From assembly GCA_950097015.1 (NCBI GenBank), contig CATNEN010000030.1:434001-498000 (forward strand): DNA of 64,000 nt. The letters are read 5' to 3'. The first letter of the stretch is position 1. Every line of letters starts with the position of its first letter. The notes under the pieces were generated by a model. The model saw only the letters and a list, made by a program, of their open reading frames with translations. It did no database searches and was not told the origin of the DNA. The position numbers and the translations under genes were made by a program. Origin of the DNA: Macrostomum hystrix (taxonomy: Eukaryota; Animalia; Platyhelminthes). Below, piece by piece: positions 24,893 through 34,665 of this stretch.

Positions 24893-26867
24893 ATGTCCGA
24901 AGCACCGATTGATTCTACTGACAAGCAGCAGCAGCAGCAAATAGTAGCTGAAGCCAGCGCCCCTCCTGCTGCCGACAGTAACCATGACAACAGCGAGAAG
25001 GGTTCATCACCGCCTCCGCCATATTCGGCGGTTGCGAATTGCAGTGTCCAACTGACCACTCTGTCTGAATCGGCGGCAGATTATCAGGCAATCCTGGATG
25101 CCAAACCGAATTACGATCCGTTGCAGCGTCAGCAAAAAGCAGATTAGCCGGGCCAATCACCCTGAGCGACTCGCCCTGTGCGTTGACGCCTCGCCCGAAT
25201 TCGCTGTCAAAACATTTCGCATGCGCAATGGCGATGCCGTATCTCTGTTGGACCTGACGCTGAAATGTTTTCACCTGTTAGCCCAGAATAAGCTGCGCCT
25301 AGGTGGCAAGCATCAGGTCTCTCTGTTGGGCATGCGAAACAATCGCATTACCGTGCTGGAACCGTTTACTAATGACCCGGTCAAGATTGCCAGGTGATTG
25401 TCAGGTTAATTTTAGCCTTAAATATTAAAATCTTAGGATAAAACAGCAGAGTCGACTGAAACTTGTGCGAATTGACTCGTCATCTAATTAGTACACAGGG
25501 TTCTGGTTCTAAGGATTTTGTAGTCTATGAAACTAGTAGTCTATGGTTCATGTAGTCTATGGTTTATGTAGTCTTTGGTTCATGTAGTCTATGGTTCATG
25601 TAGTCTTTGGTTCATGTGGTCTATGGTTCATGTAGTCTTTGGTTCATGTAGTCTTTGGCTCATGTACTCTATAGTTCATGTAGTCTATGGTTCATGTACT
25701 CTATAGCTCATGTAGTCTTTGGTTCGTGTAGTCTATGGTTCATGTACTCTATAGTTCATGTAGTCTATGGTTCATGTAGTCTTTGGTTCATGTACTCTAT
25801 AGTTCATGTAGTCTATGGTTCATGTAGTCTTTGGTTCATGTACTCTATAGTTCATGTAGTCTATGGTTCATGTACTCTATAGCTCATGTAGTCTTTGGTT
25901 CGTGTAGTCTATGGTTCATGTACTCTATAGTTCATGTAGTCTATGGTTCATGTAGTCTTTGGTTCATGTACTCTATAGTTCATGTAGTCTATGGTTCATG
26001 TAGTCTTTGGTTCGTGTAGTCTATGGTTCATGTACTCTATAGTTCATGTCGTCTATGGTTCATGTAGTCTTTGGTTCGTGTAGTCTATGGTTCATGTAGT
26101 CTTTGGTTCCTGTAGTCTATAGTTCATGTAGTCTTTGGTTCCTGTAGTCTATAGGTCATGAAGTCGATGGTTCATGTGGTCTATGGTTCATGTAGTCTAT
26201 GGTTCATGTAGTCTATGGTTCGTGTAGTCTATGGTTCATGTAGTCTATGGTTCGTGTCGTCTACGTGTTTAGCTTTCACTGACTCTGATGCAATTAACTA
26301 TATAACTAATGCTTATCCAATCGTCACAGGACCACAGCATCGCACGAGTTGCGCGATCTGCTACAGAAGCCAGCAGGCGACGAGTCTGCCTTCAGCCTGG
26401 ACTGCCTGCTGGAATACGCACATGGCCAGCTGTCGCCCAATCAGTTTCCACTAGACGATGACTCTGACTTCTCCCATCAGCAGTCCAGCCTGCTGCGCAT
26501 TGTGCTGCTGTGCTGCCGGTCCAAGCATCCGCCGCATCTCAGCGAACGCCTGCTCAAGCCTCTGCTAACCGAGTCACAACTCTTCTTCGACATTCTCTAC
26601 GTTCACGAGCCGCCGGCTCCTGAAAACTGCGCCGAGGAGATCTTCAAACGGCTCTGCTGCTTGGAGAGCGAGCACAGCCGCTCATACATTCACGAGGTGT
26701 TGAACAATCCCACCGCGTTCTTTAACCAGGCGGCCTCCTTCTTGGCTCATCCGCTGCAGCGGCCGCCGCAGTCGAGCGCTAATTATCGACTGCAGAGGCC
26801 GCCACCGCAGGAGTCCGTGGCCTCCCTGCCGCCAACTGTGCTCAGCCAGCCTGAGATAGCCGACTAA
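24893..26867 (+). CDS. BABAM1: BRISC and BRCA1-A complex member 1 (MERIT40/NBA1), vWA-like; one apparent +1 frameshift near 25134-25138
   Basis: RANHPERLALCVDASPE, FFDILYVH and FLAHPLQRPPQSSANYRL match BABAM1. Exons 24893-25393 and 26330-26867 (phase 2). Removing one A from an A5 run joins the low-complexity N-terminus to the domain (345 aa); an alternative in-frame ATG lies at 25098. Confidence 0.88.
25535..26255. repeat. 16-bp minisatellite in the BABAM1 intron (catgtagtctatggtt)
   Basis: About 45 units with patterned variants. Confidence 0.95.
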
Positions 26868-26894
26868 TAATCACCTGCGAGATTCGCCAGTATG

Positions 26895-27205
26895 ACTCTC
26901 TCGCAAAGACGATTCTCCCACTAAAACTCTCCCACCAAGCACTCTCCCACAGAGATTTTCCTTCCGAGATTCTCCCACTATGATTCTCTCACCGAGATTC
27001 TCCCACGGAAATTCTCCCACCGAGATTCTCCTACTAAAACTCTCCCATCGTGATTATCCCACAGAAACTCTCCCACAGAGATTCTCCCACTGATATTCTC
27101 CCACAGAGATTCTCCTACCGAGATTCCTCCACCGAGATTCTCCCACGGAAATTCTCCCACCGAGATTCTCCTACTAAACTCTCCCATCGTGATTATCCCG
27201 CCGAG
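26895..27205. repeat. Degenerate ~14-bp minisatellite (gagattctcccacc)
   Basis: Repeated gattctcccac cores just after the BABAM1 stop. Confidence 0.85.
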
Positions 27206-27798
27206 ATTATTAAAAACCATGCTGCGCCAAAAATTTCGAAGAAATAGTTGTATTAAACCTGTAATTAACTATTGCTTTAAGCAATGCTGGCATTACTGCA
27301 CCTGAGAAGTTACCCGTTAAGTTGGATTGAATAGCTTAGCGAGACATTTGGGTGTCTATCTTTAAGAAAGGAGATTTCAGACTAAATGATACTTTCATTT
27401 CGAAATGATCGCTTGGCTATGCCTCTCTAACATGTTGTTTATACACGTGCGCGAGCCTGTGTTGCTACTCGTAATTAGATTATTCCGTCGTACTGAATGC
27501 TTCTACGAAATAAACGCATTACTTTATTGTATTCATTCGTTTATGTACGCTTTAGCTAGATTTACTCATTTTAATTACGAGCACTTACTATTAATAATTC
27601 GTTATAACAACAATTGATTACACCTGCCCCAATTGGGTCAGATGTGTAGATGTGCGTAGCTGCGTACGGCTGTTCAGTCCATAGGACTGTCGGGACGCTA
27701 CACCCACCCTCAATCATCAACCCCATTAATGGTCCCTATTTAACAGCTGGGTGAACTAAAGCAATGCAGAGTTAAGTGTCTTGCTAAAGGACACAAAT

Positions 27799-28158
27799 CG
27801 TGGGGGGTTGAGTGCCGGAGCAAGTTAACGTGTTTGCCTCTCGCACGAAGGTCACTAAGCTCGATTCTGCGGCGAGGCCACATTAATATTAAGGCGCAGC
27901 CGCGTAGAGAAGTCTTGGAGGCTTGTCCTACAATTTGCGCCCTTGAGGGTCAACCTCTTGGGCACAGTGAAAGTGTACACTGCCTGACGATGAGAGAACC
28001 AGGCAGATGTACACACCTGTGTGACTGCGTACATTATCTGTGTGCTTGTGTGCTCAAGAGTCCGCTCACAAGAGAGTTGCCTCCACGCTGTCTGCGGGTC
28101 TAGTGTCACCAAATGATGATGATTGCCCGCAGCCCTCCTGCAATTATTATTTTATTAT
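27799..28158 (+). mobile_element. tRNA-derived SINE, family A, inserted in a family B SINE
   Basis: 14-bp target-site duplication taaaggacacaaat (27785-27798 and 28159-28172); 3' end gcccgcagccctcctgcaa plus (ATT)n tail. Confidence 0.85.
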
Positions 28159-28327
28159 TAAAGGACACAAATTGTTCCAGTGGAGTCGGTAATCGAACCC
28201 CCGACCTTCAAGTAGTAGGTTCGACGCTGTATCCGACTTGGCTACAACTCTCGCTCAATTACTTAGAGAAATAATATATATACTTCAGGGTTTGCAATGT
28301 ATAATACAGTCACAAATACACTTTCAG

Positions 28328-31300
28328 GCTTCCGTCACGGCCAAAGAGGAGCCGCAGCCGCAGCCGCCGAATCTGTGCTGGCGTTGCGAGCTTCGCCTGC
28401 GTCAGTCGGACTTTGCCCAGTTGATATCGGACATTAACGCAGCCACCGATCCCAGAGACGGCGATCGGGATTCGAAACGGCCGAAGTTCAACAGTGAGGC
28501 TCGGTCTGCTGACGATGTATGCAGCGCCTGTCTTGGCATCCTGCCAACACTGGACAGTCTGGACAGCGACGTCTGCCAGACCATTGCGGAGGCGGTGGCA
28601 GCCAGCGGGCACGAATTCGTCGCCTGCCGCCTACTAGTCAGCTCTCCCGTTGTGTGCCTGCTACGCGACCACGCCTGGCGTCTAGCCCTGACGGCTACGA
28701 CTGAGGGCGACACGGCGACGGCGGATTCTGGGGATGCGCCGTTGGCGGCCAAGGATGTCTGGAAAGCGCTGGCCAGGCAGGCTATCGAACGGCGATTGCT
28801 TCCGCCCGGAGTCGGAAAGTGTAAGGCGCATTGTTTATTACTAGATTAAAGTACAGTAAGTCTTTGTAATTCACTCAAACCTTTTTAGATAAATCATTGT
28901 CTGAAGGCTGCGTATGGCTGTTCAGTCCGTGAACTGTGGGGACGCCACACCCACCCTCAATTACCCCAGCTGATGCTGGTACCCATTAAATAGCTGGGTG
29001 AGCTGAAGCTATTCAGAGTTCAGTGACACAAATAGTTCTGGTGAAGTTAGAAATCAAACCCCCGACCTTTAATTCGTTAGTCCGAACCTCTAACCACTAG
29101 GCTGCAGCCCCATTAAATGCATTTTAAGAATTATTCAATACGCAGATCCACAGGCTGCGTACAGTAGCACAGTCCACGGACTTGGGGGACGCCACACCAA
29201 CGTAAAATTTAGCTTAAGCTCATCCTCGAAACCATTTTAAAGTGAGATGAACGGATGCAATAGAAAATAAGATGGGTCCTGTTAAATGTCATCATGAAAA
29301 TAACCTATCATAGAATAGTTGGGCCCGATGTACTGTCAGCGGGACAGTCGTACCTATTGTGCAGCGTTTCCAAAGGCTAGGTTCAGTCCGTGGACTGGGG
29401 AAGGGCCGTCTATCCCACCCAAATTTCCATCAAAGGTATCAAAAGCTGATTACCCATTTTACAGCTGGATGAACAGAAGCACCACGGAACTAAGTATCTT
29501 GCTCATTCAGTTACACCATTTTTTTCTTTGGGCCAAGATTCGAACCCTTGACCTCTCGGTCAGAAGTTCGAAGTTTTAACTACGAGGGGTGTTTCAAAAG
29601 TAACGAGAATTTAGTCATAACTTTTTAATGGATAAACTTTTGAACTTGAAATTTTTACCCTGTAATTTTGCAAATATGGACAGCACACACAAATTTATCC
29701 ATTAAAAAGTTATGACTAAATTCTCGTTACTTTTGAAACACCCCTCGTACTAGGCTAAGCCCCCAAGCCAGGGGGTCGGTGGCGGAGCGGTTGACTTGTT
29801 TTCCTCTCGCACAAAAGTCCTTAACATTGATTCTGCGGCGAGGCCACATTTGGGGCGCAGCCGCGGAGAGAAGGGTTGGGGGCTTGTCGTGCAATTTACA
29901 CCCTTAAATGCAAACCTCCAAGGCACAGTGATAGTGTACACTGCCTGACGATGAGAAAGTCAGTGCAGATGTACACACCTGTGTGAGCGTATGCCTGCGT
30001 ACGGTACGGTATCTGTGTGCGTGTGTGCTCAGGAGTCAGCGGAATGGGCAGGATTGACTCCTCGCTGGCTGCGGGTCTAGTGTCACCAAATGATGTGTCA
30101 ATGCCCGCAGCCCTCCTGCAATTATTATTTTATTATTATTATAATTGAGCCCCCAAGCCCCCAGATCCTATCATAACCGGCTAGCTTAGGGTTAGGGTTA
30201 GGGTTAGGGTTAGGGTTACCAGCAAACTAAACATTAAGTGTACTCTTACAGTGTCAGACGACGCCGAGACGATTCCGCTGCAGCTGTCTTTAGAATTTCG
30301 CTACCCAGCCGACGTTGACGAGAGCGACGACTATTTGCGCCGTTTATCCGGCGTCGCCGGCGCCAGCGCCACCAGGCACGGCGCCGTCCAGGCGCTGGCC
30401 CTAGCCAGTCCGGCCGCATTTCGAGCCGCCCTGCCCTGTCCGCCAGTGCCGGCGCCTGGTCCGGCAAAACTCTTTGTGGCAGAGGTAAATGTCTCCAGGC
30501 TTTCTGGGGTTCAGATCTGAGGCTCAGTTGTAACTGAGGCGGCATCCACTGATATATTTTCCAGGTAAAAAAGGACCTAATGTTTGTCGGCGGTCGCTAT
30601 CGCAAACTGTGCCGTCGCCTGCCCCAGACGCCTTGGATTCTGGACGGCGCGAGGCGCATGGACACCAGCGTCGAGGAGCTGATCAGCCCGCCGATTGTCC
30701 GGCTGACTGGGGCCGATTCGGCCAGCTTCGCCTTCGGCCGGACGCGAGGATGTCGACGTGCGCATGCTTGGCCGGGGCCGGCCATTCCTGCTGCGCCTGC
30801 TGAATCCGAGAGCCGCCCGGCTGACAGCGGCCGACGCTGCGGCTCTGCAGGCTCAGATCAATGCCGCTGACAACAGGGTGCAGGTGGGAAACTGATTGTT
30901 TAGTTTAAATTTCGCCTGTTCCGTTAAATATGATGTAGTTACGTGAAATTCAAGACCGTTTCGTTAAATTTATTAAAGTTCCGTTAAATCTAAGACATTT
31001 CCATAACAATATCAGACAGTAACGCTAAATCGTAGATTGTTTCGTTAAATATAAGACAGTTCCGTTAAATCTAAGACAGTTCCGTTAAATCTAAGACAGT
31101 TCCGTTAAATATAAGACAGTTCAGTTAAATATAAGACAGTTACGTTAAATCGTAGACTCTTACGTTAAATTAAAGACAGTTCCGTTAAATCTAAAAAAGT
31201 TCCGGTAAATATAAGACTTAAGTCTCTCTATCTATCTATTTTGCAGGGGGGCCCGGGGCACTTGTCGCACAAGCGACGGAGCGGCACGCCCCCAGACCGG

Positions 31301-32591
31301 CGAACTAGGCGCTTTTGCGCACATCGCGCCGCCTCCCCTGAGCAGGCACCACACACAGCAGCACAGCCGGGGGAGGGCAGGAGGCACCCAGAATAGGCAG
31401 CAGTGTCCCCCACCCCAGCCCCACACGCACATAGCAGACCAAGCGGGGGCGGAAGGCTGATAAGAAATCAGTCCTCAGGGGGGGGCGGGTGATGAGTGTA
31501 CACTTATCCAATCGCGCTGACGGAAGTCTAGAGCGCGCAGCGGTGTACACCCGCCCTCCAGCCACCCCCCGCAAGGATTGTTAAGTCTAAGACAGGTAAG
31601 TTTTACAGGACATTATATCGAAGACAGTTTTGTTAAATCTAAGACAGTTTTGTTAAATCTAAAACAGTTTCGTTATATCTAAGACAGTTTCGTTAAATCT
31701 AGGACAGTTTTGTTAAATCTAAAACAGTTTCGTTAAATCTGGGACAGTTTCGTTAAATCTAGGACAGTTTCGTTAAATCTAAGGCAGTTTCGTTAAATCT
31801 AAGGCAGTTTCGTTAAATCTAAGGCAGTTTCGTTAAAACTAAGACAGTTTCGTTAAATCAACGACAGTTTCGTTAAATCAACGACAGTTTCGTTAAATCG
31901 AAAACAGTTTCGTTAAATCTTAAACAGTTTCATTAAATCGAAGACAGTTTCGTCTAATTCTACAGTTCCGTTTAAAAATGACATTTGCGTTTAAATTAAA
32001 ACTGTCCCGCTTTTTCTGGACAAACTTTTCCCTTAATCCTTAGGAAACAAGAGGAGAGTGAATGAGGATTTTATTTTTTAATAACTGTCTACATTTCCAA
32101 CAAAAATGGCTTCACCTTAGGTTTCTCACCTGCGCCAGGTTAGTCGGGCACATTGCGAGGCCCTGCGCGAGGGTGAGAGCGAGAAAGTGAAATGCTACTC
32201 GGCTCTGTGTCGCTGCGCCCGCGGCCCACCAATCCGGCCAGGCGACGCCGACCGGCTTCGACAGCTGGCTTTGGAAGGCCTGGTGCTGGAGCAGGCGACT
32301 CCGGTTCGAGTGCTGCACCGCCGCTCTGCGGCTATTCGCAAGCGGCGCATTCTCAGCCTCGATCTGGAGCCCCTGACTGAACCCGAAGCTGACGGCCAGT
32401 TTCGCCTGCGACTCCGCACTGAAGCCGGCGCCTACGTCAAGGAATTCGTTCACGGCGACCTGGGCCGGACCCGGCCGTCTCTCGGCGAACTACTGGGCGA
32501 TGATCGACAGTGTGACCTGCTGCTGCTTGACGTAGTAGATGTGGAACTCGACTGGCCGGATATGACCAAATCTGATGCCAATGCGGATTGA
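28328..32591 (+). CDS. PUS10: tRNA pseudouridine synthase Pus10; one apparent +1 frameshift at 30733-30734
   Basis: Exons 28328-28820, 30252-30484, 30565-30883, 32121-32591. Motifs LCWRCELR, FVGGRYRKLCRRLPQTPWILDG, (S)AGREDVDVRMLGRGRPF after removing one T, LEQATPVRVLHRR, LRTEAGAYVKEFVHGDLGRTRPSL; about 505 aa. Confidence 0.92.
29583..29747. mobile_element. 165-bp Tc1/mariner-type MITE
   Basis: Perfect 54-bp terminal inverted repeats starting cgaggggtgtttcaaaagtaacgag; flanked by TA on both sides (29581-82, 29748-49). Confidence 0.92.
29770..30147 (+). mobile_element. SINE family A copy
   Basis: A-box tggcggagcgg, B-box-like ttgattc, (ATT)n tail; 12-bp TSD agcccccaagcc (29758-29769 and 30148-30159). 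Confidence 0.88.
30186..30218 (+). repeat. Interstitial telomeric repeat (TTAGGG)5 TTA
   Basis: Read directly in PUS10 intron 1, about 30 nt upstream of the acceptor at 30251. Confidence 0.9.
30950..31960. repeat. 20-bp minisatellite in PUS10 intron 3 (aagacagtttcgttaaatct), interrupted by an insertion
   Basis: Units on both sides of 31226-31580. Confidence 0.9.
31226..31580 (-). mobile_element. GC-rich 355-bp retroposed-type insertion
   Basis: 8-bp direct repeat ttaagtct (31218-31225 and 31581-31588); the minus strand ends gcccccctgcaaaatagatagatagag with an (ATAG)n tail. Confidence 0.7.
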
Positions 32592-34665
32592 AGCGATTGC
32601 TTGTGTGCTGCTCTTGTTTTAACCTGGTGCATTTTCTTAGAATCGTCTAGTTTAATTCAGTCTAGATTATCTATACCTTTATCTAGACCTCCGTCTAGAT
32701 ATAAAGGTGCGTGACCACCGAAGCGGAGATGATGCAGACACATTCATGTGAGGCGCAGTGCCAATTCGTGTATACGGGTATGAAATACACTAGTTCTTAT
32801 GGAAAAAAATAGACCTTCAGCCAGAACCAATGAATATCTCGACGGTCTGAATGGCTACCGACTTGATTCTTGTTTCAGAAGATGCGCAACAAAAAGTTGA
32901 CCCGTGTTCTAGAATTTCTTGTGCTTGCATTGCTCCGTTCTGGCGCAGCACAAATAATTTTCCTTTCCTCGAGGAAATTCGGTGCATTCGGCCGTTAATG
33001 TGACTGTGAACGCGAGTCTAGTCAATTATACGTGTTATATACTCTATGAGATTAGCAAAAATGGATTGATACGTAGACAAAAAATCTTAATCTACTGGAC
33101 TAGTGTGACTCTGTTGATACTGCTTGCAATACGATGTAAAAATGCATTTTTAAACTATGCTAAAATTGATACCTCTATACAAGTGTCATATAATGTCTTA
33201 TTAGAATTGTTTGTTTGTCTGGCTCAATCGCTTGTTTTGAACTGAATAAATGAAATCGAAGCATTTCTTGCACTACGCCTGTGCCTGAATGTGCTTCATT
33301 AAATTGATCCCTTACAACAATTAACCTATTTACAATTTTATTTAGTGAATGATTATCACTTCTAAGCCATAGACAGTTGAAGCGTCTATGGGTGCACAAG
33401 TGCCATAGACTTTATCTAGAGCGCTTACTAGAGCGGGTTATTATCAGTGTTTTGTATATCTGATTTTCTCAATGGATTACTGGTATTTTAATCATCTTTT
33501 GTCTATGGCTTAACTACACGTATATATATGTACCTGGTTCCATCCATTCGCATGAGATTGTGTGTAGTTAAAAGTGTGCAACTGTTGGGCCATGTAGACA
33601 CGTGATGTGGCCTTTATGTACAATATCCTACTCATTATTTGTAGCTTTTTTAACCGAGAACCAAAGCACCTTTTTGCAAAGAACCAATGCCACCCAATGC
33701 CACCTATCAGCAGCAGAAAACTATGCTAAACCCCCCTTTAGCAAAAAAACTGAGTCTCATTAGCTGGTGAGAACCAATGCTGTCATTGACAAAATTGACA
33801 AAATTTCTGCTCGAATGGTGTAAGTTTGGTGAAAATTGGTTTAGCCATTCTTTCTAAAATCAATTTTCATCAATCAATAGATGTGGCTGCGCCATTGTTT
33901 GTAAAGCTGGCTTAATCAGGCTAAGTGGCTAAGGCTCAAATTTAGATCAAAGTCGACATAAAAATCTGAGCTTTATTTACGAAAAGTTGCTCTCGTTTAA
34001 AAATGGTCATGTGATTTTGAAAAAAAAACGCAAAACATAAAAATATGTGAAGTAGAGAGGAGTAATTCAGATGAGTTTAATCAGAACAGTAAGTAGTCTC
34101 TTCAGCAACTCAGCTGCCAGAGTTGTGGAGTTGGTTATGTTTTTAAACAGCAGAAAATTCATCAGCTGACGCTCATACCTGGGGTCTCGTGGGTGAGAAC
34201 ATATTTTACAATATTTTATATAAACTTCAGACTCAGTCTGTCCAATGCTGGTGAAACTGGCTATTCAAAATTGAGAAATATATGATTTAAAATTTGATAG
34301 GAAATCGGTGAATTGCAGGTCCCAGCTTTTAGATTTGTCACATAGATTACATTGTGATATGTGTGAGCTGATACAACTGCATTTTTACTTAAACATTGCG
34401 AAATCGAAAAGCCAATAAATTGATATTTTTTTCGCAAATTGTCTTTCTTTGCGCAAAACTAAAATATCATTGACGTTTAAGAAGCCACAATGAATTGCAA
34501 TTAGAAAAAAACAAATTTTCTTCTTGTCGTCCCTATGAATCAAGAATGAATTTTTGAGACTTTCAAAACAGTGAAAATCGACCTCGACTGATTGAAAATG
34601 AAAACTATGACTATATAGGCAACGACCCAGTGTTTGACCTCAAGTCTTGAAGCTTGATAGATGAG

